This document shows positions 49,290 through 59,270 of a DNA stretch of 64,000 nucleotides, piece by piece. Each line of letters opens with the position of its first letter. Within the stretch, counting starts at the first letter, position 1. The DNA comes from an uncultured bacterium. GTDB lineage: Bacteria; Patescibacteriota; Minisyncoccia; Phycocordibacterales; UBA9973. Position numbers and translations under genes: made by a program. The stretch lies in contig CAIQAL010000003.1 of NCBI GenBank assembly GCA_903869825.1, positions 3,624 to 67,623 on the forward strand, given 5' to 3'. The notes under the pieces are model-generated. The model saw only the letters and a program-made list of their open reading frames with translations. It did no database searches and had not been told where the DNA came from.

Positions 49290-51521
49290 TTATTTGATTT
49301 TGGTTAATTTATCTGGACGATGGTTTGGGCACTTATTATCACTACAGCGTTCCGGAATTGTTTTTGTCCCTTCCATTATGAGTGCCCCGCAAAGATTACA
49401 AACCCGCCCGGTTGGTTTTGCTTTAATAGCAAATTTGCAATCAGGATAATTTGAACAAGAATAAAAAATTCCAAAACGGCCACGGCGTTCAGTAATATCA
49501 CCAACTTTACATTGCGGACACGTCACTCCGGTTCTTTTTTTAGCTTCTTCGGCTTCATCACTTTTTATAAATTTACATTTGGGATATCGAGAACAAGATA
49601 TGAAAGTACCTGTTCCATCGCGTCTTTCCCGAATAACTAATTTTCCACCATAAACTTTCTTCTTTTTTTCACCTGCTAGCGTAGGCAAGCCGCACAATGG
49701 ACACATTTCTCCGGTTTCTGTTGGACCTTTTAATTCTGTTCCATCTAGCATAAGAGCTCCATCGCAATCCGGATAGCGGAAACAAGAATAAAACTTACCC
49801 ATCCTTGAAAGTTTGATAATCATTTTGGAACCGCATTTTGGACAAAGGATTCCCTCTGGTGCGTCTCCGAGATTTGTAGCTTTTTCAAGTTTTTCTTTTA
49901 ATTTTACTTCCTTGGTGAAAGGGCCATAAAAATCCTTCAATGTTTTTTCATATTCCCGTTCACCTCTTGAAATTTCATCAAGTTCGTCTTCCATTTCAGC
50001 GGTAAAAGTATCAGAAATATATGTTGGAAAATTCTTTTCTAAAAAATCTGATACAACCTCTCCTACGTCAGTCGGAAAAAGTGTCTTGCTTTCTTTTCGA
50101 ACATATCCTCGGTCTTCCAATGTTTTCATTATTGAAGCATAAGTTGAAGGTCTGCCGATTCCTCGAGCTTCTAGTTCTTTTATTAGTCCCGCCTCACTAT
50201 ACCGGCCCGGTGGTTCTGTAAACTTTTCATCGTTTACTAAATTAAGTAGTCTCAGGTTGTCTCCTTCTTTGACTTTTGGTAGTTCTACGTCTTCGCCTTT
50301 TCCTTCCTGATCAACCGCGAGCCAGCCTGGGAAAAGAGTGCGAGATCCGGTAGCAAAAAATTCCGGTAAGTCTTCTCTACTATTTATCACAGCAGAGATT
50401 CTTGTTTTTAATAATTTTGCATCAGCCATTTGAGAAGAAACTGTTCTTTCCCAGATTAATTTATACAATTTTTCTTGCTCTTCATTGCCAATAGATAAAT
50501 TTTCAATATGGGTTGGTCGGATTGCTTCGTGCGCCTCTTGGGCATTTTTTGATTTGGTCTTATGAATTCTAGGTTGGGAAAATTCTTTGCCGTATTTTTT
50601 TTCGATAAAATTTGTTATAGAGTTTGATGCACTTACGGCGAGCGTCGTTGAGTCTGTTCGCATATAAGTTATATGCCCAGCTTCGTAAAGCCTTTGAGCG
50701 ATTTGCATAGTACGTGATGGAGAATATCCAAGCCGAGAGCTGGCAGTTTGCTGTAAAGTGGAAGTAGTAAACGGTGCTCGGGGAGAACGTTTTTGCTCGG
50801 ATTCCTTAACTCCGGAAACAACCCAAGTACCATCTTTTCCAGCAGACATTATTTCGTTAACTATTTTTTCATCGCGTGGTTCTTCTTTGCAATCAAGAGT
50901 TATCTTCTCTTTTTTTATTGTTTCAAAGAGTCCATAAATTCGCCAAAACTTTTCCGGAATAAATGCACGAATTTCTCTTTCTCGTTCCATTATGATTCGC
51001 AGGGCAGGGGATTGAACCCGGCCAGCGGAGAGCCCATAACGAACTTTTTTCCAAATTAAACCAGATAAATCATAACCTACCAACCTATCAAGCACTCTGC
51101 GAGCTTCTTGGGCTCGAACTAATTTCATATCTATTTCTCCTGGACTCTTTAGTGCAATCTCAACGGCTTCTTTTGTAATTTCATGGAAAGAAACTCTTTT
51201 TATCGGAGCTATATTTTTTTTATTTTCTTTTAACAACTCTTCAATGTGCCAGGCGATTGCTTCTCCTTCACGGTCGGGGTCTGTTGCCAGGAGTACTTCG
51301 GTAGCTTTGCCGGCCAAATTTCTCAATTCGGAAACCACCTTTTCCTTTCCTTTTGAGATTTCATAGTGTGGGATAAATCCGCCTTCAATATCTATTGCTT
51401 TTTTGTTTGATTTTGGTAAATCACGGATGTGTCCGACCGAGGCACGTACCGTAAAAGCACCTTCGAGATATTTCTCGATAGTTTTTGCTTTCGAAGGGGA
51501 TTCAACAATTAACAGCTTCAT
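49290..51521 (-). CDS. topA: DNA topoisomerase I with C-terminal Zn ribbons
   Basis: VESPSKAK, DPDREGE, SAGRVQ, ITYMRTDS, GIGRPSTY. Confidence 0.97.
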   Translation of the reverse strand: MKLLIVESPSKAKTIEKYLEGAFTVRASVGHIRDLPKSNKKAIDIEGGFIPHYEISKGKEKVVSELRNLAGKATEVLLATDPDREGEAIAWHIEELLKENKKNIAPIKRVSFHEITKEAVEIALKSPGEIDMKLVRAQEARRVLDRLVGYDLSGLIWKKVRYGLSAGRVQSPALRIIMEREREIRAFIPEKFWRIYGLFETIKKEKITLDCKEEPRDEKIVNEIMSAGKDGTWVVSGVKESEQKRSPRAPFTTSTLQQTASSRLGYSPSRTMQIAQRLYEAGHITYMRTDSTTLAVSASNSITNFIEKKYGKEFSQPRIHKTKSKNAQEAHEAIRPTHIENLSIGNEEQEKLYKLIWERTVSSQMADAKLLKTRISAVINSREDLPEFFATGSRTLFPGWLAVDQEGKGEDVELPKVKEGDNLRLLNLVNDEKFTEPPGRYSEAGLIKELEARGIGRPSTYASIMKTLEDRGYVRKESKTLFPTDVGEVVSDFLEKNFPTYISDTFTAEMEDELDEISRGEREYEKTLKDFYGPFTKEVKLKEKLEKATNLGDAPEGILCPKCGSKMIIKLSRMGKFYSCFRYPDCDGALMLDGTELKGPTETGEMCPLCGLPTLAGEKKKKVYGGKLVIRERRDGTGTFISCSRYPKCKFIKSDEAEEAKKRTGVTCPQCKVGDITERRGRFGIFYSCSNYPDCKFAIKAKPTGRVCNLCGALIMEGTKTIPERCSDNKCPNHRPDKLTKIK

Positions 51522-51599
51522 ATTGTCCTAGTATTACATACTATCTTTATATTTGGCAAATATAGTTGACAAAAAGTAAAGAACCAAATTTTAAACTGG

Positions 51600-51710
51600 T
51601 CAATTTATCCAAGGTTGTTTGGGTGGTTGGGGTAGTTCAAGTAATGGTTTTGGTATTTTATCTTTTGCAAGTTTTTTGATTTGTATACTTCCAATTATAT
51701 CAATTTTCAT
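51600..51710 (-). pseudogene. dprA: Probable 5' relic of dprA (smf)
   Basis: Reads ..IQIKKLAKDKIPKPLLELPQPPKQPWIN*, resembling the DprA PxLLxEIxDPPxxL motif, directly upstream of topA. Confidence 0.6.
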
Positions 51711-51724
51711 ATATAATAAAAGTT

Positions 51725-52990
51725 ATGTTAGATATTAAATTTATAAAAGAAAATAAAGAAATTGTAAAGGAAGGAGCGAAAAAAAAACGAATAGAAATCG
51801 ACATTGATAAATTGGTAATCCTGGATGATGATCGACTAAAAATGCTTAAAGAGGTGGAGGATTTGCGAGCGGAGGTTAACCGAGTTTCAAATGACATTGC
51901 TCGTGACCAAGATCCGGCCTTAAAGGTGCAACTGATAGAAGAAATGCGCCTAGTAAAAGACGAAATAAAGAAAAAAGAAGAAAATTTAAAAATTATTATG
52001 GACGAATGGCACAAACTAATGCTTTCAGTTCCCAATGTCCCAGATATTTCTGTTCCGGATGGTGAAACAGATGCTGAAAATCAGGAAGTGAAAGTTTGGG
52101 GCGAAAAACCAGTTTTTAATTTTGAACCGAAAGATCATGTGGAGATTATGACTGCGCTCAAAATGGTTGATTTTGAAAGAGGAGTGAAGGTTCATGGCTT
52201 TCGTGGATATTTTTTGATAAATGATGGAGCGAAATTATCTTTTGCGGTTTGGAGTTACGCAATGGAATTTTTTTCAGCTCGAGGTTTTATTCCAGTAATT
52301 CCGCCTGCTATTGACCGGAAAGAAAATTTTATTGGAACCGGATTTTTACCACAAAGCGAGGAGGATTTATATAAAACACAAGGGGGAGATTATTTAGCAG
52401 GGACAGCCGAAGTTCCAGTGATGGGGATGCACGCAGGAGAGGTATTGGATAAAAATAATTTCCCCCTAAAATATTTAGGGTTTTCTCCGTGCTATCGACT
52501 TGAAGCGGGAAGTCACGGAAAAGACGTAAAAGGACTTATTCGAGTGCAAGAGTTTTATAAATTGGAACAAGTACTTTTGTGCGAAGCCAGTCATGAAACC
52601 TCGGTAAAATTTCACGAAGAAATAACCCAAAACGCCGAAGAGTTTATTGAATCTCTGGGCCTTCCGTACCACAAAGTAGTAAATTGCGGAGGGGATTTGG
52701 GTCTGGGGCAAGTTAAAAAATATGATCTTGAGATTTGGGTACCGAAGGAAGATAAATACCGAGAAACCCACTCTGCTTCGTATTTTCACGATTTTCAAAC
52801 TCGTCGTTTAAATATCAGGTATAAAGATGATGATGGTAGATTAAAATATGCTCACTCCTTAAACAATACGGCGATTGCTACTCCTCGCATCTTGGTGTCT
52901 CTTGTTGAGAACTACCAGCAGGCAGATGGAAGTGTAAAAATTCCTGAGGTTTTGAGAAAATATATGGGGGGTAGAGAATTTTTAAAATAG
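51725..52990 (+). CDS. serS: Serine--tRNA ligase
   Basis: MLDIKFI, GTAEVP, GLIRVQEFYKLE, KKYDLEIW, FQTRRLNIR, NNTAIA. Confidence 0.97.
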   Translation: MLDIKFIKENKEIVKEGAKKKRIEIDIDKLVILDDDRLKMLKEVEDLRAEVNRVSNDIARDQDPALKVQLIEEMRLVKDEIKKKEENLKIIMDEWHKLMLSVPNVPDISVPDGETDAENQEVKVWGEKPVFNFEPKDHVEIMTALKMVDFERGVKVHGFRGYFLINDGAKLSFAVWSYAMEFFSARGFIPVIPPAIDRKENFIGTGFLPQSEEDLYKTQGGDYLAGTAEVPVMGMHAGEVLDKNNFPLKYLGFSPCYRLEAGSHGKDVKGLIRVQEFYKLEQVLLCEASHETSVKFHEEITQNAEEFIESLGLPYHKVVNCGGDLGLGQVKKYDLEIWVPKEDKYRETHSASYFHDFQTRRLNIRYKDDDGRLKYAHSLNNTAIATPRILVSLVENYQQADGSVKIPEVLRKYMGGREFLK

Positions 52991-53005
52991 CTACGCCAGT
53001 TTCAA

Positions 53006-53854
53006 ATGAAAAATAAACTTGTCTCTAGTTCACCGCGGATAGCGGAATTGCATCGCAAAAAAAATAAAGTTTTGAAGAGAAAAATTGCATTTTCTGTCAT
53101 ATTTTTTATTTGCATTATTGTTGGTCTTGGTCTTCTTTCTAGGGCTTCTTCCTTAAACATCAAGGAGGTGAATATTTCAGGAAATATTGTCGTAGACAAT
53201 AGCGAAATAAAAAATATTGTTGAAAGTAAAATTTTAGGACACTATTTTTGGATTTTTCCAAAAGCCAATTTTGCTCTTTATCCTAAAAACAAAATAAAAA
53301 AAGAATTGATGAAAAAATTCAATAGATTGAAGGATATTTCATTTAATTTACAAAGTACCAGTATTCTCACGGTAAATGTTTCTGAATATGAAGGCAAATA
53401 TTTATGGTGCGGAGAACAGATTCCCGCAGTTGAGTTTATCAAAAGCAAATGTTATTTTCTTGACGATACCGGTTATATTTTTGACGAAGCTCCTTTTTTT
53501 TCCGGAGGAGTTTATTTTAAATTTTACGGTGAGCCCTCTCATATTGGTTCCTTCTATTTAAAAAATCATTGGGCAAATATTATTTTGTTAAAAAAAACTC
53601 TTGAGTCGATGCGCTTGAAACCAACAAACTTTTGGTTGGATGAAAATAAAGATGGCAATATTTCTTTGTCGTCTGAACCAATGAAAGGTCCTAGAATAAT
53701 TTTTAACTTAGACACAGATTATCAAAAAATGGCTGAGAACCTTCAATCGGCACTTGATACTGATCCCTTGCGAACTGATTATAAATATAAATTTGATTCT
53801 TTGGACTATATTAACCTAAGTTTTGGTAATAAGGTATACTACAAATTCAAATAA
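53006..53854 (+). CDS. FtsQ/DivIB-like membrane protein
   Basis: Basic N-terminus, one TM, POTRA-like IKEVNISGN, C-terminal YINLSFGNKVYYK. Confidence 0.7.
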   Translation: MKNKLVSSSPRIAELHRKKNKVLKRKIAFSVIFFICIIVGLGLLSRASSLNIKEVNISGNIVVDNSEIKNIVESKILGHYFWIFPKANFALYPKNKIKKELMKKFNRLKDISFNLQSTSILTVNVSEYEGKYLWCGEQIPAVEFIKSKCYFLDDTGYIFDEAPFFSGGVYFKFYGEPSHIGSFYLKNHWANIILLKKTLESMRLKPTNFWLDENKDGNISLSSEPMKGPRIIFNLDTDYQKMAENLQSALDTDPLRTDYKYKFDSLDYINLSFGNKVYYKFK

Positions 53855-54814
53855 ATGACAAACTTTTGGAAAAAACTAAATAAGCCATTTTTTTGTCTAG
53901 CTCCAATGGCAGATGTGACTGACTATGCGTTCAGACAAATAATCACAAAATATGGTAAACCAGATGTTCTTTGGACAGAGTTTGTGTCAGCTGATGGGTT
54001 ATGTTCTGTTGGTCAGAAAAAACTTATGATGAATTTAAAATTTAAGAAAAATGAGCACCCAATCGTTGCTCAAATTTTTGGTTCAAAGCCTGAAAATATA
54101 AAAAAAGCCTCAGCTTTGTGCAAAAAACTTGGTTTTGACGGAGTAGATATCAATATGGGTTGTCCTGATAAATCTGTTGAAAAACAAAATTCCGGTGCGG
54201 CATTGATGAAAAATCATAAACTAGCAAAAAAAATTATTTTAGCTGCGAAGGAAGGAGCTCGGGGTTTACCAATATCCGTAAAAACCAGAATCGGTTATTA
54301 CAAAAATGAAATAGACATTGAATGGCTAAAAAATATTTTAGAGGAAAATATTGCAGTTCTCACTGTTCACTTGCGAACAAGGAAGGAAATGTCCAAAGTT
54401 GGAGCGCACTGGGAATTTGCAAAAAAAGTTGTTGCTTTGCGGAATAAATACGCGAAAGATACTTTAATTATTCTAAATGGCGATGTCGTAGATTTAAGTG
54501 ATGCCAAAAAGAAAGCAAATGATTCTGGTTGTGACGGAGTAATGCTTGGGAGAGCAATTTTTGGCAATCCGTGGTTGTTCAATAAAAAGTTTATTTCACC
54601 GGAAACTTCTGAAAAATTGAAAATCTTAGCTGAACATACCACTCTTTTTGATAGAACTTTTAAAAATAAAAAAAATTATTCCGTAATGAAAAAGCATTTC
54701 AAAGCCTACGTGAATGGTTTTGACGGCGCCAAAGAACTTCGAGCAAGCTTAATGGAAACAAAGAGCGCGATTGAAGTCAAGAAGATTGTGGATAAGCATT
54801 TGAGGTCTGAATAA
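53855..54814 (+). CDS. tRNA-dihydrouridine synthase
   Basis: LAPMADVTD, DINMGCP, SVKTRIG, NGDV, GVMLGRA..NPW. Confidence 0.94.
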   Translation: MTNFWKKLNKPFFCLAPMADVTDYAFRQIITKYGKPDVLWTEFVSADGLCSVGQKKLMMNLKFKKNEHPIVAQIFGSKPENIKKASALCKKLGFDGVDINMGCPDKSVEKQNSGAALMKNHKLAKKIILAAKEGARGLPISVKTRIGYYKNEIDIEWLKNILEENIAVLTVHLRTRKEMSKVGAHWEFAKKVVALRNKYAKDTLIILNGDVVDLSDAKKKANDSGCDGVMLGRAIFGNPWLFNKKFISPETSEKLKILAEHTTLFDRTFKNKKNYSVMKKHFKAYVNGFDGAKELRASLMETKSAIEVKKIVDKHLRSE

Positions 54815-54835
54815 AATATGATATAATCGTTTCCA

Positions 54836-54979
54836 ATGTATAAACAAAAGGAAACAAGAAATAAAGTCGGGGAAAAATTCACTATATTTATCGTTTCAAA
54901 TAAAAGCTCCAGTTGTGGAGCTTTTATTTTGTTTAAAGAAGATTTTTATTATAAGATAGTGAATACTTATGCAAGCTAA
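54836..54979 (+). CDS. Candidate leader peptide (47 aa) upstream of carA
   Basis: TGaTATAAT 54819-54827, 8 nt before ATG; ORF crosses the hairpin and overlaps the carA start. Confidence 0.5.
   Translation: MYKQKETRNKVGEKFTIFIVSNKSSSCGAFILFKEDFYYKIVNTYAS
54898..54930 (+). terminator. Terminator/attenuator hairpin in the carA leader
   Basis: AAATAAAAGCTCCA-gttg-TGGAGCTTTTATTT. Confidence 0.8.
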
Positions 54980-56039
54980 ATTAGTTTTACAAGATGGAGA
55001 GGTTATAATTGGCCGAAGTTTTGGTGCTCCCATCTCGGTTCCAGGAGAAGTTGTTTTTGCCACTGGAATGGTTGGATACCCTGAAGCATTAACAGATCCA
55101 TCATTTTGTGGTCAAATTTTAGTTCTTACTTCTCCAATGGTGGGCAATTATGGAATTCCAGCATCCATAGACTGGGAATCAGATAAAATTCAGATTGCGG
55201 GACTCGTTGTTTGTAACTACATTGATACTCCGTCGCATCATTCCTCGAAAGAAACTTTGGCTCATTGGTTAAAAAGATTTGGTATCCCAGCAATCGAAAT
55301 TAAAGATACAAGATATTTAGCCCAAAAATTAAGAACACACGGTGTGCTTCCAGGAAAGATTATCTGCGGGAAAAATATAGTTAATTTTAAAGATCCGAAC
55401 ACTCGGAATTTAGTTTCGGAAGTTTCAACAAAAAAAATATGGTCAAAAGGTGTTGGAAAGAAAACTGTGGTGGTAATTGATTGTGGAGTAAAATTTAATA
55501 TTGTTAGACAATTGGAAAAAAGGGGATTAAAAGTTGTGGTTGTCCCTTGGGATACTGATGTCCTCAAGTTGTCTTTTTCATTTTCAGCTGTGGTTGTTTC
55601 GAACGGCCCGGGAGACCCTACTGAGGTGCATGCTACTATTTTAAATATCAAAAAGGTATTGGCAAGGCAGATTCCCACATTGGGAATCTGCCTTGGGAAT
55701 CAAATTTTGGCTCTTGCCTGTGGCGGTAGTACCTATAAACTTCCCTACGGTCACAGAAGTCAAAATCAACCCTGTGTCCTCTCCGGTACAAAGAAGTGCT
55801 ACTTAACAACCCAAAATCATGGTTTTGCCATCAAAAATATTCCAAAAGATTTTAAAGAATGGTTTTATAATGCGAATGATCAAACCAATGAAGGGATAAT
55901 CCACAAAAAATTGCCATTTATGTCTGTTCAATTTCATCCCGAAAGTTCTCCGGGGCCACTTGATACGGATTGGGTTTTCGATTATTTTTTCAAGAAAGCA
56001 AAAATTGATATTATTACTCCCAAAATGATAGAGCAATAA
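54969..56039 (+). CDS. carA: Carbamoyl-phosphate synthase small subunit
   Basis: GEVVF..GYPEALTDPS, SNGPGDP, GICLGNQ, QFHPE. Confidence 0.96.
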   Translation: MQAKLVLQDGEVIIGRSFGAPISVPGEVVFATGMVGYPEALTDPSFCGQILVLTSPMVGNYGIPASIDWESDKIQIAGLVVCNYIDTPSHHSSKETLAHWLKRFGIPAIEIKDTRYLAQKLRTHGVLPGKIICGKNIVNFKDPNTRNLVSEVSTKKIWSKGVGKKTVVVIDCGVKFNIVRQLEKRGLKVVVVPWDTDVLKLSFSFSAVVVSNGPGDPTEVHATILNIKKVLARQIPTLGICLGNQILALACGGSTYKLPYGHRSQNQPCVLSGTKKCYLTTQNHGFAIKNIPKDFKEWFYNANDQTNEGIIHKKLPFMSVQFHPESSPGPLDTDWVFDYFFKKAKIDIITPKMIEQ

Positions 56040-56040
56040 T

Positions 56041-59000
56041 ATGGAAAACTTAAAAAAATACAAAAAAATATTGGTTCTTGGTTCAGGGGCACTTAAGATT
56101 GGCGAAGCTGGAGAATTTGATTATAGTGGTAGTCAGGCAATCAAAGCTCTAAAGGAAGAAAAAGTAAAAATTATTTTGGTAAATCCAAATATTGCAACAT
56201 TCCAAACTTCCAAAGATCTTGCGGACGAAGTGTATTTTTTGCCGGTGAATGATTATTTTGTTGAACAGGTTATAAGGAGAGAAATGCCCGACTGGATTAT
56301 GCTATCGTTCGGTGGACAAACAGCGCTCAATTGCGGGCTTGAATTAGAAAAAAAGGGAATTTTAAAAAAATATAATGTAAAAGTGCTTGGTACCCCGATA
56401 AAATCAATTATCCTTACCGAAGATCGACAGTTATTTGCGGAGCATTTACGAAGCATTGATATCCCTGTTCCACCAAGTGGTTCGGCTATAACTCTGGCTG
56501 AGGCAAAAGTTATTGCAAAAAAAATTGGTTTTCCGTTAATGGTTCGAGCAGCCTATACTCTTGGCGGTCAAAAATCAGGAGTTGCCACAAATTTTCAAGA
56601 ATTGGAAGAAATTGTAAATGGAGCCCTGACTGTTTCCCCGCAAGTATTGATTGAAAAATATCTGTATCATTTTAAAGAAATTGAATATGAAGTTGTTCGA
56701 GATAAATACGACAACACGGTCACTGTTTGCAACATGGAAAATTTTGATCCGCTTGGCATTCACACCGGGGACTCTATTGTTGTTGCCCCCAGCCAAACAC
56801 TTTCAAATGAGGAATATCACAAATTACGAACTGCTAGTATAAAAATTGTTCAAAGCCTTAAGATCGTTGGTGAATGCAATGTTCAATATGCTCTTAATCC
56901 GAATCCCCAAAATGGGCATTTCGATTATTATGTAATTGAAGTAAACGCCAGACTTTCTCGCTCGAGCGCGCTTGCCTCAAAAGCTACCGGTTATCCGCTT
57001 GCGTATGTTGCGGCAAAACTTGCTCTCGGTAAAAGTTTACTTGAAATAAAAAATAAAATTACCGAAGTAACTCAGTGCTTTTTTGAACCAGCCCTTGATT
57101 ATATAGTTGTTAAAATTCCGCGTTTTGATTTGGAGAAATTTAAAGGGGTTGATTTACATATTGGAAGTGCCATGAAATCGGTTGGGGAAGTAATGGCTAT
57201 CGGTAGAAATTTCGAAGAGGCATTACAGAAAGCAATTCGGATGCAATCCAGCCAGATTGAAAGTGTCACTGACAACGATTTTACTGATAATAATGAATTG
57301 AGAAAATTGTTGAGCCAACCAACTTCCAAAAGAATTTTCGTGGTGGCATTCCTTATTAAAAAAGGGGTATCCCTGAACTATATTCATAAAATGACTGGCA
57401 TTGATTTATGGTTTTTATTTAGAATCAAAGAGATAGTGGAAGGTGAAAAGAATTTTGAAAAATATAAAAAACTTACCTCAAAAGTACTACTAGGATTAAA
57501 ACAGCTTGGTTTTTCTGATAAAAAAATTGGAAGACTTTGCAATAAACCCGAACAAGAAATCAGAGAAATTCGTAAGCGGATGAAGATCCTACCGTCAATA
57601 TTCCAAATTGATACCTTGGCGGGAGAAATGCCGGCAAAAACAAATTATTTGTATCTCACATATCATGGGAACCACAACGATGTATCGCCTATGGGCATAA
57701 ATGCGATTATTGTTCTTGGAAGCGGACCATACCACATAGGCTCGAGTGTTGAATTTGATTGGTCCTGTGTTCACACAGCGATGGCTCTTCAGAAATATAA
57801 AAAAGAATCCATTATTATAAATTGTAATCCTGAAACAGTCTCTACTGATTATGATATGTCTGATCGTCTTTATTTTGAAGATATCTCTTATGAAACAGTA
57901 TCCGATATATATGAATTTGAAAAAGCAGAAGGACTAGTCGTTTCTGTTGGCGGACAACGTCCAAATAATTTAGCCAATAAACTTTCAGAACAAGGGTTCC
58001 ATATTTTAGGAACAACTTCTGGGAACATTAACCGGGCAGAAAATCGTAATCTTTTTTCAGCCTTACTGGATAAATTGGATATTCTTCAACCTAAGTGGCA
58101 ATGTTTTTCAAATATATCAGGCGCTCTCAAATTTGCATCGAGCGAAGGCTTTCCTGTCTTAGTTCGCCCTTCATTCGTACTTTCAGGGGCTGCAATGAGA
58201 GTGTGTTATTCAAAAACAGAATTAAGTAATTTTATTGAAAAAGCGGCACTTCTGTCCGGGGAATTTCCAGTGACAATTTCGAAGTTTATTGAAAATGCCA
58301 AAGAACTCGAGTTTGATGCGGTCGCCCAAGACGGTGAGATAATGATTTATGCGATATCGGAACATATTGAAAATGCCGGAGTGCATTCTGGTGATGCAAC
58401 AATAGTTTATCCAACCCAGAGAGTTTACGCTTCAACTGAATTTCAGTTAAAAGAGATTTCGTCAAAAATAGCAAAAGAGCTTAAAATAACTGGGCCCTTC
58501 AATATTCAATTTTTAGTCAAAGACAATAAACCATTTGTGATTGAAGTTAATGTGCGAGCCTCTCGAACATTCCCATTATTGTCAAAAGCGATGGATATCA
58601 ATTTTTTGGAGATTGCTGTTGATTGCTTTTTTGGAGGGGCAAAAGTTCACAAGTTCTCTTATCCAAAAGGAGTTGTCGTAAAATCTTCTCAATTTTCATT
58701 CTCACGTTTACTCGGGGCTGACCCAGTACTACGAGTGGAGATGTCTTCAACAGGGGAAGTTGCTTGTTTCGGAAAAGATTACGATGAAGCAATTTTAAAA
58801 TCTATAATGAGTACCAATAAATTTGATTTTGATAAAAAAACGGTTGTTCTTTCTCTTCGAAAATTAGTAAACAAAGCAAAGTTCTTAGAGGCAGCAAATA
58901 CTATCAATTCTCTTGGTTATAAAATTTTTGCTACAGATACGACCGCAGAATTTTTAAGAAATAATGGAATCCCAGCTCATGTGGTGCGAAAAGCTTCTGA

Positions 59001-59253
59001 AAAATCTCCAAATATTATTGATATTATTAATAGTAAGAAAATAGCCTTTGTTGTAAATTTAAGTGAGAACGATGTACTTTCAAAAGAAAACAAGCATATA
59101 GTAACTGATGGTTTTCGTATTCGACGAGCAACAGTTGATAGTCAAATTCCTCTGTTTACCGACATGCGGCTTGCGCGAGCTTTCATCAAAGCCCTGGCCC
59201 GATACAAGATATGGGATTTGGAAATTAAATCATATAATGAGTATATAAATTAA
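56041..59253 (+). CDS. carB: Carbamoyl-phosphate synthase large subunit
   Basis: GEFDYSGSQA, HTGDS, IEVNARLSRSSALASKATGYP, NCNPETVSTDYD, MGS domain. Confidence 0.97.
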   Translation: MENLKKYKKILVLGSGALKIGEAGEFDYSGSQAIKALKEEKVKIILVNPNIATFQTSKDLADEVYFLPVNDYFVEQVIRREMPDWIMLSFGGQTALNCGLELEKKGILKKYNVKVLGTPIKSIILTEDRQLFAEHLRSIDIPVPPSGSAITLAEAKVIAKKIGFPLMVRAAYTLGGQKSGVATNFQELEEIVNGALTVSPQVLIEKYLYHFKEIEYEVVRDKYDNTVTVCNMENFDPLGIHTGDSIVVAPSQTLSNEEYHKLRTASIKIVQSLKIVGECNVQYALNPNPQNGHFDYYVIEVNARLSRSSALASKATGYPLAYVAAKLALGKSLLEIKNKITEVTQCFFEPALDYIVVKIPRFDLEKFKGVDLHIGSAMKSVGEVMAIGRNFEEALQKAIRMQSSQIESVTDNDFTDNNELRKLLSQPTSKRIFVVAFLIKKGVSLNYIHKMTGIDLWFLFRIKEIVEGEKNFEKYKKLTSKVLLGLKQLGFSDKKIGRLCNKPEQEIREIRKRMKILPSIFQIDTLAGEMPAKTNYLYLTYHGNHNDVSPMGINAIIVLGSGPYHIGSSVEFDWSCVHTAMALQKYKKESIIINCNPETVSTDYDMSDRLYFEDISYETVSDIYEFEKAEGLVVSVGGQRPNNLANKLSEQGFHILGTTSGNINRAENRNLFSALLDKLDILQPKWQCFSNISGALKFASSEGFPVLVRPSFVLSGAAMRVCYSKTELSNFIEKAALLSGEFPVTISKFIENAKELEFDAVAQDGEIMIYAISEHIENAGVHSGDATIVYPTQRVYASTEFQLKEISSKIAKELKITGPFNIQFLVKDNKPFVIEVNVRASRTFPLLSKAMDINFLEIAVDCFFGGAKVHKFSYPKGVVVKSSQFSFSRLLGADPVLRVEMSSTGEVACFGKDYDEAILKSIMSTNKFDFDKKTVVLSLRKLVNKAKFLEAANTINSLGYKIFATDTTAEFLRNNGIPAHVVRKASEKSPNIIDIINSKKIAFVVNLSENDVLSKENKHIVTDGFRIRRATVDSQIPLFTDMRLARAFIKALARYKIWDLEIKSYNEYIN

Positions 59254-59270
59254 TAATCTAATATAAATAT

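Noticed and set aside
52274-52290. SARG peptide in serS as a palindrome remnant
   Set aside because: The DNA is not palindromic and no length increase is evident
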